A stretch of 51,114 bases of DNA from an uncultured Clostridia bacterium (GCA_944386635.1 CALXBV010000067.1:1-51114); one strand, 5' to 3'. Shown: positions 1-10,041, counted from the first letter of the stretch. The notes: generated from the sequence alone by a model not told the origin. Translations and numbers: made by a program.

Positions 1-1
1 A

Positions 2-754
2 TGTGCACATTATGATATAGGAAAAAGAAAAAATAAAAAGTGTATATTTGTAGATAATATATTAGATGTACCGGAAAATAAAGGCTTATCAATGATGTCA
101 TTAAGAGATCTTATGGATCAGCTAAATGATGTAGGATATTATGAGAGCACGTATAATATAACTGATGCATTTAAAGCTATAGGTAATTATTGTAAATGTA
201 TGAAGTTAGATAAAAAAATTCAAGTAAATGTTATGAAAGAGTTTAGCAAAATGCAAGTTTTAGACTGCTTTTTAAGCTCATCTGATAGACATGCTGAAAA
301 TATTTCATTTGTGTATGGTAAGGATTATGAAACAGGAGAAAATATTTTTAAATTGGCACCTTTATATGATAATGAATTATCTTGTGGTGCAGACGAGCCA
401 GTACAAAAAATGGAAGAATGTACAAATGATTTTATGCAGGCAAGAATTACAGCTACACTTCAAAATGTATTTGCAACAGTTCCTAAAAGTGAAATGTCAT
501 ATAATTCGCAAAAAAGAAATAAAAATAATCCAACAGGTGCATTATTAGAATTTTGTATGGATTTAGATGAAGATGTAGAAGATTTTGCTCAGGATTGCTA
601 TGATAACTTAAATGTATCACTTGCTATTAAATCTGTTGAAAAAAGAATAGGTGCACCGCTCCCAGATTTATATAAAGATTTTTTAGTTGGAAATTATATG
701 GAAAGAAAAAATATGATTGGAAAAACAATAGATGAATATTATAAAGAAATATAG
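2..754 (+). CDS. HipA/CtkA-like kinase, 5'-truncated by the window edge
   Basis: Frame is open from base 2 (CAHYDIGKRK...); catalytic-loop motif SDRHAEN and LAPLYDN typical of HipA-family kinases. Confidence 0.75.
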   Translation, partial: CAHYDIGKRKNKKCIFVDNILDVPENKGLSMMSLRDLMDQLNDVGYYESTYNITDAFKAIGNYCKCMKLDKKIQVNVMKEFSKMQVLDCFLSSSDRHAENISFVYGKDYETGENIFKLAPLYDNELSCGADEPVQKMEECTNDFMQARITATLQNVFATVPKSEMSYNSQKRNKNNPTGALLEFCMDLDEDVEDFAQDCYDNLNVSLAIKSVEKRIGAPLPDLYKDFLVGNYMERKNMIGKTIDEYYKEI

Positions 755-1081
755 TTGGAGGTGCGTATGAAATTTAAAGTTTTTTGGAAAGATATAGAGT
801 TTTTAGAGGTAGAAAAGATTAACGATATGTATTATTCTAGATTAATTGGTGAAAATGTAGATAAAGTCATAGATGAAGGATATCCAGTTACATTTTTAAC
901 AAATATAAAAGTAATGGATAATGAGCTTCCAAGACTTATTCAAAGTAGACTTCCTAGTATAGAGTATATGGAAGAAAAAATAAGTGAGACAGATGATATA
1001 GAAAAAGCTATAATAAAATATATAAATAAAACAAAATGCAGACGTGTAACGGATTATTTAAGTATGGAAATAGAGGAGTAA
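755..1081 (+). CDS. Small HipS/HipA N-terminal-like partner protein, copy 1 (likely start ATG 767)
   Basis: GGAGG RBS; pattern W...EN....G.P...ELP..I..RLP...YINKT.CRR.TD shared with 1215 and 2601 ORFs. Confidence 0.6.
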   Translation: MEVRMKFKVFWKDIEFLEVEKINDMYYSRLIGENVDKVIDEGYPVTFLTNIKVMDNELPRLIQSRLPSIEYMEEKISETDDIEKAIIKYINKTKCRRVTDYLSMEIEE

Positions 1082-1214
1082 TTATTTATTTTTTAAATAT
1101 GGATAATAATTAATAAATTAAAAAAAGTTGACATAAGTGTGAAAAAATGATATAATTATATGTACATATATTTTAAATAACTTTAAAATTAATATTTAAA
1201 AGAGAGGTGATAAT

Positions 1215-1475
1215 ATGAAGACTAAAATGTTATACACTATTAAGTGGAAAGATACAGAAGTTGGAAATGTTATTACTAATGATAAAGAAGAATATAGATA
1301 TATACCTAATATAGAAAATATAAAGAAACTAGCAAGACAAGGAATGCCATGTACTTTAGTAATTAATCCGCAAAGAGAGTGGAAAAAAACGTTACCAAAG
1401 TATATAGCAAATAGATTAAAGTTAAATACACCACAAAAAAGACTAATTACTGACTATTTTTCTATAGAAGAGTAG
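1215..1475 (+). CDS. Stand-alone HipS-like paralog, copy 2
   Basis: Own TTGACA/TATAAT promoter, GAGGTG RBS and terminator; WKDTEVG...ENI...GMP...LPKYIANRL...RLITDYFSIEE aligns with copies 1 and 3. Confidence 0.6.
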   Translation: MKTKMLYTIKWKDTEVGNVITNDKEEYRYIPNIENIKKLARQGMPCTLVINPQREWKKTLPKYIANRLKLNTPQKRLITDYFSIEE

Positions 1476-1504
1476 GTATAATTTAAGTTATATTTTAAGA
1501 TCGC

Positions 1505-1534
1505 AAAAACTGCTATGAAAATAGCAGTTTTTTT
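1505..1534 (+). terminator. Intrinsic terminator
   Basis: AAAAACTGCTAT-GAAA-ATAGCAGTTTTT hairpin plus T-run. Confidence 0.85.
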
Positions 1535-1575
1535 ATTACCCTGTTATTTAAAATCTGTGTTATATATATAGCGGG

Positions 1576-2601
1576 GTGAGACAAATGAAAGAAAATATAG
1601 AAGATTATAGAAAAAATGGATTTATTGATTTAGACGAATATCTTTTAAATAATCCAGACAATTTTACCTATCCATATTATATAGATGGATATGATGAGAA
1701 AAACTTTTGGACTAAAGTTGGAAAGGATGATAAGGAAAAATTTATATATGTAAAGCCAAGGGTAAGTGCCGAAGATGATAATATTTATAATGTGTATTCA
1801 GAGCTTTTATATCAAGAGATGATGAATCAAGTTGGAATAAAAACAGTAAATTTTGATGCTGCATATTATGATGGAAATGTAGCTACATTATCAGATAATA
1901 TGCTAGATAATTATGATAAGAATGAATTTATTATTAATTCGTCAGAATTGCTTTGTAGTAATAGATACAATAGTGACAGTAGTATAGAAGATCTTTTTAA
2001 TACAATACATGATTATTGTGAATATGAAAATATAGATAAAGAAGCAGAAGATAAATGCTGTAAAGATATACAAAAAGCATGTATAGCTGATATATTTTTG
2101 CTATCTACAGATAGGGATATAAATGATTTAGATTTTATAGCAGGAGTAAATGAGAGTGGAAATAATGTTTTAGAGCTTGCACCATTATGCCATAATACAT
2201 ATGCACTTGGCTCTAATTTTTTATTATTTTAAATAATAGAAATGTTAGATGATTCAGATGATATGGAACAAAGACTAGATTTGTGTTATACAGATTTAGG
2301 AGTTCCAGAAGATAAAATAGAAGATAATTATTTATACTGGGAAGATAGTCTATATTATTTTATAGATAGTGATGAAGAATTGATGGATTTTGCAGAGCTT
2401 TGTGCACAAAGGTTTAATATAGACGAGGCAATTTCAAGTGTAGAAAAGAGAATAAAAAGTAAGATACCACAAGAATATAAAGAGTTTGTAAGAGCAAGTT
2501 TTGATCAAAGATTTAGAGCTTTATGTGATTGTTTGGAATTAGATTATTATAAGCTAATGGATGATAAATATTATAATTATGAAATGGAGGAGAAATATTA
2601 A
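1576..2601 (+). pseudogene. HipA-like kinase homolog with degenerate catalytic motifs, split by one in-frame TAA (2230-2232)
   Basis: 1576..2232 and 2242..2601 share a frame (ttt TAA ata ata gaa ATG); STDRDIND and LAPLCHN replace DRHxxN and LAPxYDN; C-terminal AISSVEKRIKSKIPQEYKEF matches AIKSVEKRIGAPLPDLYKDF of the first kinase. Confidence 0.7.
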
Positions 2602-2927
2602 TGACAATAGATGTTTTATGGGACAATATAAGTATATTAAAAATACAAAAGCAAAATAACTTGTATATATCAAGTATATATAAAGAAAATATAAATAAAG
2701 TAAAATCTAGTGGATTTCCGTTATATTTTTTAAAAGATGTATCCATTGTATCAGATGAATTACCAGAAATAATAAAACACAGAATATCTAATATAAATAA
2801 TATAAAAGGGAAATTAAAATTTAAAAGTGATAATAGAAACAATATGGAAGATCAAATATATGAATATATAAATAAAACTGAATGTAGAAGACCAACAGAT
2901 AAATTTAGCATAAAAATACAAATATAA
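2601..2927 (+). CDS. HipS-like partner protein, copy 3
   Basis: TAATG stop/start overlap with the kinase homolog; clear paralog of 755..1081 (YINKTECRRPTD vs YINKTKCRRVTD). Confidence 0.6.
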   Translation: MTIDVLWDNISILKIQKQNNLYISSIYKENINKVKSSGFPLYFLKDVSIVSDELPEIIKHRISNINNIKGKLKFKSDNRNNMEDQIYEYINKTECRRPTDKFSIKIQI

Positions 2928-2972
2928 GTAACAATATATAACTTATTTAATATAATATTAAGTAAGTTAATA

Positions 2973-3320
2973 TTGGAGGTAATAATAGTGGATATAATAG
3001 ATATGTCAGATAATTCAATTGAAGAATTGAGAAGTAAGATTAATGATAATGAGAAATTAGTACTTATAGATTTTTATGCGTTTTGGTGTGAGCCTTGTAT
3101 AATGTTAAATCCAGTAATAGCAAGAATTGCAGATGATTATAAAGATAATGTAGAGGTATATAGAGTTGATGTAGATAAAAATCCAGAAGTTGCAGATGAA
3201 TATAAAATAACCAATATTCCTACATTAGTATTTCAAAAACAAGATGAAATAAAAAATAATATTATTGGATATAGATCATATGAGCAGCTAGAAAAAGAAG
3301 TAAAAAATTCAATAGAATAA
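2973..3320 (+). CDS. trxA: Thioredoxin
   Basis: LIDFYAFWCEPC CxxC motif, VDVD and cis-Pro IPT; true start possibly GTG at 2988 after GGAGG. Confidence 0.9.
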   Translation: MEVIIVDIIDMSDNSIEELRSKINDNEKLVLIDFYAFWCEPCIMLNPVIARIADDYKDNVEVYRVDVDKNPEVADEYKITNIPTLVFQKQDEIKNNIIGYRSYEQLEKEVKNSIE

Positions 3321-3380
3321 AAATAAGTACTTGAAAAGTAAAAAATATTATGTTATACTAATTACATATTTAGAGTAAAA

Positions 3381-3625
3381 GCAATGAACAAGAGGAGTAG
3401 GATATAGGTTATCTGTAGAGAGAAAGACTCGTCGGCTGAAAGGTCTTTTAGAAAAACATATCTGAAGGTAGCTTGGGAGCTGGTATGCTGAAGTATTTTA
3501 TGTGTAAGTATACTCCGTTACAGTCGGTAAATCTGGAATTAAGTGCACATTTTTATGTGAATTAAGGTGGTACCGCGAATCACAGTCATTCGTCCTTAAG
3601 TTTAAGGATAAATGGCTGTTTTTTT
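3381..3625 (+). ncRNA. T-box riboswitch, Val (GTA) specifier
   Basis: AGTA, GGCTGAAAG and GAAG-GTA motifs; T-box AAGGTGGTACCGCG at ~3564-3577; terminator ACAGTCATT...AATGGCTGT plus T-run; TTGAAA-17-TATACT promoter at 3331-3359. Confidence 0.92.
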
Positions 3626-3651
3626 ATATATTGAAGAAAGGAGATAATTAT

Positions 3652-3849
3652 ATGCTTAGAGATTTTGGGATATTTGTAGCACTCGTCTGCTTATTAATTT
3701 CAGTAATAGTGGTACTAAATGCACGTTGGATAATACGTTGTATAGATAATAGTAAGGATTTAGAAAATAAAATGGTTGGAAAAATAAAGGTTGTCTCAAC
3801 ACTCGTGAGCATTGTATCTTTATATATATTAACTATTTTAATGAGATAG
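3652..3849 (+). CDS. Small two-helix membrane protein between the T-box and valS
   Basis: AAGGAG RBS before ATG 3652; 65 aa with two hydrophobic segments. Confidence 0.6.
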   Translation: MLRDFGIFVALVCLLISVIVVLNARWIIRCIDNSKDLENKMVGKIKVVSTLVSIVSLYILTILMR

Positions 3850-3864
3850 AAAAGGAGAGATATT

Positions 3865-6474
3865 ATGGATAATAATTTTAATTATCAAAAAAGAGAAGAA
3901 GAAATATATAAAAATTGGGAAGAAAAAGGATATTTTAAGTGTGAGATAAGAGAAGGAGAAAAGCCTTTCGTTATATCTATGCCACCACCAAATGTAACAG
4001 CAAAGCTTCATATAGGACATGCACTTGTTAATACAATTCAGGACGTATTTATTAGATATCATAGATTAAAAGGTGAACCTACTTTATGGATTCCTGGAAC
4101 AGATCATGCAAGTATTGCAACAGAAGTTAAAGTTGTTGAAAAACTTAAAAAGGAAGGTAAAACTAAGGCAGAACTTGGTAGAGAAGGATTCTTAAAAGAA
4201 GCTTGGGCTTGGAAGGAAAAATATGGTGGGGAAATTACAAGCCAAATCAGAAAACTTGGATGCTCTTGTGATTGGTCTAGAGAAAGATTTACTATGGATG
4301 AAGGATGTTCTGATGCAGTACTTGAAGTATTTGAAAGACTATATAATAAAGGTTTAATATATAAGGGAAAAAGAATTGTTAACTGGTGTCCTTCTTGTAA
4401 GACTCCAATTTCAGATACAGAAGTTGAGTATGAAGAAGTACCATCATATTTATGGTATATTAAGTATCCAATTGAAAATAGTGATGAATATTTAACAGTT
4501 GCTACAACAAGACCCGAGACAATGCTTGGAGATACAGCAGTAGCTGTTGCACCAGATGATGAAAGATATACAAAATATATAGGAAAAAGAGTATATCTAC
4601 CAATTGTTGGTAAATATATACCTGTTATTGCAGATAGATATGTTGAAAAAGAGTTTGGTACAGGTGTAGTTAAAATCACACCAGCTCATGATCCAAATGA
4701 TTATAAGGTTGGAGAAAGGCATAATCTTGAGATAATAAATATATTAAATGATGATGCTACATTAAATGAGAATGCAGGAAAGTATCAGGGAATGACAACA
4801 ATTGAAGCTAGAGAAAAAATAGTAGAAGACTTAAAGGAGCAAGGATATTTAGTAAAAATTGAACCTTATACTCATAATGTTGGAAGTTGCTATAGATGTC
4901 ATACAACAATTGAGCCATATATTTCAAATCAATGGTTTGTACATATGCCAGAACTTGTAAAGCCGGCAATAGAAGCTGTTAAAAATGGTGAGACAGTATT
5001 TGTACCAAAAAGATTTGAAAAAATGTATTTTAACTGGATGGAAAATATAGAAGATTGGTGTATATCTAGACAACTTTGGTGGGGACATAGAATACCAGCA
5101 TATTATTGTGATAGATGTGATAAAATTACTGTATCAAAAACTCCAGTTACTACATGCGAATGTGGTGGGCATCTAACTCAAGATGAAGATACTTTAGATA
5201 CATGGTTTTCATCTGCTTTATGGCCATTTTCTATACTTGGCTGGCCGAAGAAAACAAAAGATTTAGAATATTTCTATCCAAACTCAATGTTAGTTACTGG
5301 CTATGATATTATAACATTCTGGGTAAGTAAAATGATTTTTTCGGGAATTGAATACACAGGACAAGTACCATTCAAGTATGTATTTATTAATGGTCTTGTA
5401 AGAGATGCTAAGGGAAGAAAAATGTCTAAGTCATTAGGTAATGGTGTTGATCCGTTAGATGTAATTAGAGATTATGGAACTGATGCTCTAAGACTTTCTT
5501 TAATACAAAATATAACACCTGGAAATGATGTAAGATATATACCAGAAAAAGTTGAAGCTTCTAGAAACTTTGTAAATAAGTTATGGAATGCAGCAAAATT
5601 TGCAAATAATTATATTAAGGATCTAGATATAGACAAGCCAGAAATGTTAATGCCTGAGGACAAATGGATACTTACTAAACTATCTAATACAATAAGAGAT
5701 GTTGAGCAGAATATGGATAATTTTGAAATTGGTATAGCAGTCCAAATTATTTATGATTTTATTTGGAATGATATTTGTGATTGGTACATTGAAATGATAA
5801 AGCCAAGACTATATAATAAAGAAAATAAGTCATATAAAACAGCTATATGGACTCTAAATCATACTTTAATAGCTGCAGTTAAAATGCTACATCCATTTAT
5901 GCCTTTTGTGACAGAAGAAGTATATTTAAATTTAAAATCAGATAAGGAATCTATTATGCTAGCTTTATGGCCAAAAGCAGAATATAATTTTGAGCAGGAA
6001 GAAAAAGCTGTAGATACTATAAACAATATGATTAGGCAAATACGTAATGCTAGATCCAATATGAATATTACAGGCTCTAAAAAGACGTCTGCTCAAATAG
6101 TACTTGAAAAAGGTGAGTTTGAAAATATATTTAAAGAGGCAATAGAATATATCAAAAGACTTGCATATATAGATAACATTGAATATATAGATAAAACAGA
6201 AGATGCTAATACTAAGTATGTAGCATTACATGATGAAAAGATAAATGTATTTTTAAATATGTCTGATGCTATAGATTTGGATGCAGAAATTGAAAAATTA
6301 GAAAAAGAAAAACAAACAGCTACATCTGAATTAAAAAGAGCACAAGGAATGTTAAAAAATGAAAACTTTGTAAATAAAGCACCAGAAAAATTAATACAAG
6401 CAGAAAAAGAAAAAGTTCAAAAGTATACGGATTTGCTAGAAAAAATCGAATCAAGACTTAGCGAATTAAAATAG
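3865..6474 (+). CDS. valS: Valine--tRNA ligase
   Basis: PPPNVT, HIGH, WCISRQLWWGH and KMSKS motifs; C-terminal coiled coil; Val T-box upstream. Confidence 0.98.
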   Translation: MDNNFNYQKREEEIYKNWEEKGYFKCEIREGEKPFVISMPPPNVTAKLHIGHALVNTIQDVFIRYHRLKGEPTLWIPGTDHASIATEVKVVEKLKKEGKTKAELGREGFLKEAWAWKEKYGGEITSQIRKLGCSCDWSRERFTMDEGCSDAVLEVFERLYNKGLIYKGKRIVNWCPSCKTPISDTEVEYEEVPSYLWYIKYPIENSDEYLTVATTRPETMLGDTAVAVAPDDERYTKYIGKRVYLPIVGKYIPVIADRYVEKEFGTGVVKITPAHDPNDYKVGERHNLEIINILNDDATLNENAGKYQGMTTIEAREKIVEDLKEQGYLVKIEPYTHNVGSCYRCHTTIEPYISNQWFVHMPELVKPAIEAVKNGETVFVPKRFEKMYFNWMENIEDWCISRQLWWGHRIPAYYCDRCDKITVSKTPVTTCECGGHLTQDEDTLDTWFSSALWPFSILGWPKKTKDLEYFYPNSMLVTGYDIITFWVSKMIFSGIEYTGQVPFKYVFINGLVRDAKGRKMSKSLGNGVDPLDVIRDYGTDALRLSLIQNITPGNDVRYIPEKVEASRNFVNKLWNAAKFANNYIKDLDIDKPEMLMPEDKWILTKLSNTIRDVEQNMDNFEIGIAVQIIYDFIWNDICDWYIEMIKPRLYNKENKSYKTAIWTLNHTLIAAVKMLHPFMPFVTEEVYLNLKSDKESIMLALWPKAEYNFEQEEKAVDTINNMIRQIRNARSNMNITGSKKTSAQIVLEKGEFENIFKEAIEYIKRLAYIDNIEYIDKTEDANTKYVALHDEKINVFLNMSDAIDLDAEIEKLEKEKQTATSELKRAQGMLKNENFVNKAPEKLIQAEKEKVQKYTDLLEKIESRLSELK

Positions 6475-6571
6475 TAAAAAGAAGATAGTAGAACAAAAAC
6501 TACTATCTTTTTTCATTGACTGAAAAGTATGCATGTGATATAATTTTAAATATACTAAGGAGAAAATAAAT

Positions 6572-7474
6572 ATGAAAAAATTACTATATATTTTTATGAT
6601 TTTTATATTAATCTTAACATGTACATGTAATAATATTTTAGTTGCTGCGGTAATTCCAAGGCTTGGTATTACTCCGCCAAGTTCTGGAACAGTAGAAGTA
6701 GGTGGGACAATTAGATATACAGTTAATATATATAACAATGCTACAAATGTAACACTTAGTCCATCAGATATTAGAATCTCTGGAGTTAATGCAAATATAA
6801 GTGTAGAAGGATCAGGTAATTCACAAAGAGTAATAGTATTAAGTAATATACAGGGAAGCGTTGGAGCAGTAGGATATATATCATATATAGCCGCAAATGT
6901 TGCAACAAATGAAGCAGGTGGAAATAGAGAAATGAATTTGACATCTACATCATTTACTATTGTTGCTACACAAAGTACTGTACCAGAACAACCACAAGAA
7001 AATAATAATACAAGCAACAATAATAACAATAATTATTTACCACCAAATGAAACGAATGAACCAACACAAGAAACACCACAAGAAGAAACAACAGATACAC
7101 AAGAACCAACAATGACAATAGGTAGCTTTTCAAATACTGTTATTCAAAAAGGAGAAACAATTTCCTTTGATATAACATATAATGATGAAACAGAAATGGG
7201 AGAAATTACTATAAATAATAATGATATAACATTATATGGATTTACAGCGGATGTACAGATATCTGGAGATGGAAATACAAGAAAAGTTACTCTTTCAAAT
7301 GTACAAGGTAATTTAGGGGGACTTAAATATATTAAAATAGCAGCTAACACAGCAAAAGATAAAGCTGGAAATTCAGTATCAAAAAGTAGTCAAACATCTA
7401 ACTTTAAGTTAGTTGATTCTGATACAAGAAATAATCCAGACGATTGGATAGAAAATCCAAATACAGGAAAATAA
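6572..7474 (+). CDS. Secreted protein with two homologous Ig-like domains and a C-terminal NPNTGK
   Basis: Signal peptide; internal repeat LSNIQG..IAANVATNEAG vs LSNVQG..IAANTAKDKAG around a Q/E/N/T/P linker. Confidence 0.75.
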   Translation: MKKLLYIFMIFILILTCTCNNILVAAVIPRLGITPPSSGTVEVGGTIRYTVNIYNNATNVTLSPSDIRISGVNANISVEGSGNSQRVIVLSNIQGSVGAVGYISYIAANVATNEAGGNREMNLTSTSFTIVATQSTVPEQPQENNNTSNNNNNNYLPPNETNEPTQETPQEETTDTQEPTMTIGSFSNTVIQKGETISFDITYNDETEMGEITINNNDITLYGFTADVQISGDGNTRKVTLSNVQGNLGGLKYIKIAANTAKDKAGNSVSKSSQTSNFKLVDSDTRNNPDDWIENPNTGK

Positions 7475-7597
7475 GCCTTAGCAGGTTTATTTTTTTTGTG
7501 TAGTTTTACATAACTTGAAAATTATACAAAAAAGTGGTATAATATAAATATAAATTATTATATTATCAAATAAAAAAATTTTTAAGGAGGAAAATTT

Positions 7598-8153
7598 ATG
7601 AAGAATTTCAAAAAAGTTTTAGGAGTAGCAGCAATAGCTGCATTATTAATTATTGGTGGAGTTATCGTTATTAAACGGTAGTTCAACCAAAAGTGAGGTT
7701 TTTACTTCACTTGATACTAATGAGATAGTTGAAACTGTAGAAAATACAATTGAAACTATAAAAGAAAATGTTCCAGAAGCAACATATGAAGAAGTAGAGA
7801 AATCTACTACTCCAAAAAAATCTTCAGAGCCTGTAAAATGTCCTGAAGAGCAAAAAATGACTGCTACTTATGGTGGTAGTAAAAACTCTGAGAAGACAAT
7901 GTCTTCTAAAGAGGAAAAGGTTGTAGGTAACACTACAACTGAAGTGAAGGCTGAACCTTCACAAGAAACTACTACTTACCAAAATGAAGTAGAAGAAGCT
8001 AAACAAGATAACAATGTAGAAGTGCAACAATGTAATGACAATGAAACTGTTGTTATCGAGGAAAAAGTTACTGAAGAAGAAAAAGAAGAAACAAACAATA
8101 GCAACGGTTCAACCGATGCCGATTGGGAAGCTCTTCTTAAAAATGCTCAGTAA
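7598..8153 (+). pseudogene. Frameshifted exported acidic protein, paralog of 8583..9710
   Basis: AAGGAGG plus ATG 7598 gives signal-like MKNFKKVLGVAAIAALLIIGGVIV ending at TAG 7679-7681; the body continues in the +1 frame (7653..8153). Confidence 0.7.
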
Positions 8154-8582
8154 AAATAGCAAAATGAACCTTACAATTGGAAGGTTTATTTTTTTGCCTT
8201 TTTTATAATATATAGTATGTAAACTTATTGATTTTTATGTAAATCAATGGTATAATATAGGTATAGAACTTATATTTATATCTAAAAGATATTATTTTAA
8301 TTATGTCCTATAATTAGCATGCATATGCCTAATATAGATTACATAATTTGAAAAAATATCAAAAATGTGATATAATATAAGTATAAAAGATTATGTATAT
8401 TTAATACTAATGTATTAAATGTTTTAAAGTAAGAAATATGAGAAATCTGGCTATGAAAGGAAGCTAGGTTATTTACTTTTGCATTTGATGTGTATTGAAT
8501 TACTAGGTTGATCTTTTTACAAAGCTATAGTATTAGTACCAGACACTAAAATTTAAAACTATGGCGAAAGAAAGGAAAAAAT

Positions 8583-9710
8583 ATGGAAAAATTATTAAAA
8601 AGAAAAGACTTACAATTAGTAGGTGCAACATTGGTAGGAGCATTAGCATCAAAAGTGATGCATTTAGAATTTGTAATTGCAATCTTAGTTGCAGTTATAA
8701 TAATAGTACTTTTAAGTGGTACTAAATTAAAAAGATGGTTCAAAAGAGCTATCGGAATCATAGCAATAATACTAGTAATGGTATGTGCTATACTATTTCA
8801 TAGTAACTTCTGCAATGAAAAAGAAGAAGCATCTAATGAAATAGCCCAAGAAGTAATTGTAGAAGAAGAACCAGAGGTTGAAGATCAACCAGAAGAGAAA
8901 GCAGAGACAACAGAGGTAGAATCACAATCTTCTTCTAGAAGACCATATATTACAGATGCTGAAAGAAAAGCTGCAATAGATATGGAAGTAACATATGGTG
9001 GAGAGAAAAATACTGAAGATGAAGCTGTTAAAGAACAAGTAAATGAAGTTGTTGTAGGAAATACAACTACAGAATTTACTGCTGAAAGCAGCGAAGAACA
9101 AGAAGACTACAAAGAAGAGATTGAAGAAGCTATAGAAGAAGGAAAAGACGTAAATGTAGAAAACGATGGAGAAACTACTTCTATAGTAGATACAGCAACT
9201 GAAGAGGAAAAAGAAGAAATTAACAATAGCAACGGTTCAACCGATGCAAATTGGGAAGATCTTTTAAATTCTTCAAATGTTACTGTACAAAAACCAGCAG
9301 AAGACAACAAAGTTGAGGCACCAGTTGCAGAAGACAATAAAGTAGAAGACAACAAAGTTGAAATGCCAGTTAAAGAAGACAACAAAGTAGAAGACAACAA
9401 AGCTGAAATGCCAGTTGAAGAAGACAACAAAGTTGAGACACCAGTTGAAGACGAGACAGAAGTTGTTGAACAAATAAAAGTTAATGCAATAGATGGTTAC
9501 GAGACAGTTGTTGGATCAACAATACAATTTGATATAGAAGGTGCAACAGAAGATCTTACAATAGAAGGTTTAGATGGAATAGACTATACATTAAATGGCA
9601 ACATATTAAACATTTCTGTTGGAAATGAAGCTACTGTTTTAACTGTTAATATTTCAGATTCAAATAGCAATGTAATGTTCGACATCACAGTAAATGGCAT
9701 CATAGGATAA
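8583..9710 (+). CDS. Membrane-anchored acidic surface protein with EDNKVE repeats
   Basis: N-terminal hydrophobic segments; ~100-aa domain shared with 7653..8153; beta-rich C-terminal domain. Confidence 0.75.
   Translation: MEKLLKRKDLQLVGATLVGALASKVMHLEFVIAILVAVIIIVLLSGTKLKRWFKRAIGIIAIILVMVCAILFHSNFCNEKEEASNEIAQEVIVEEEPEVEDQPEEKAETTEVESQSSSRRPYITDAERKAAIDMEVTYGGEKNTEDEAVKEQVNEVVVGNTTTEFTAESSEEQEDYKEEIEEAIEEGKDVNVENDGETTSIVDTATEEEKEEINNSNGSTDANWEDLLNSSNVTVQKPAEDNKVEAPVAEDNKVEDNKVEMPVKEDNKVEDNKAEMPVEEDNKVETPVEDETEVVEQIKVNAIDGYETVVGSTIQFDIEGATEDLTIEGLDGIDYTLNGNILNISVGNEATVLTVNISDSNSNVMFDITVNGIIG
9294..9452 (+). repeat. Coding tandem repeat (gaagacaacaaagt.ga...; EDNKVE[x]PV[x])
   Basis: Six EDNK units visible in DNA and protein. 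Confidence 0.85.
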
Positions 9711-9761
9711 ACGTTAAATTGTTAGAAATGTTGTATTAGAATTTATTAGAAAAAAATAAAA

Positions 9762-10041
9762 TACACATTGAATCACGATATATATAATTTTGGTTATATA
9801 TTAAGTGATAATGTAAAAAGTAATTAGTAAAATAAAGTGGTTTGATTATATAGTCTAAAGTTATACGATTTAGTATTACAAAGGATTATATAAAGTATTA
9901 CTGATTATTTGAATCTTAGAACTTATCGAAGGTACCAGAAAAATATTACAATTTGCTTAAATTGTTTTATGATAAGTTCAAGACATTAGTATGCTAGAAA
10001 TGTATTACTGGAATGAAAAAATGTCAAAGGTTCAATGTGTA
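9762..10041 (+). ncRNA. Candidate multi-helix structured RNA
   Basis: Closing helix 9762-9772/10031-10041 and at least five internal helices found by eye, G-U pairs favour the + strand; terminator follows. Confidence 0.45.

Noticed and set aside
2230-2232. Stop-codon reassignment or ochre suppression by the tRNA-like RNA
   Set aside because: TAA ends many ordinary genes here, and the RNA lacks a proper anticodon stem and CCA; no support beyond coincidence.
8094-9247. 26-nt repeat pair as DGR template/variable repeat or att sites
   Set aside because: Both copies are in-frame parts of a shared protein domain; no RT or integrase nearby.
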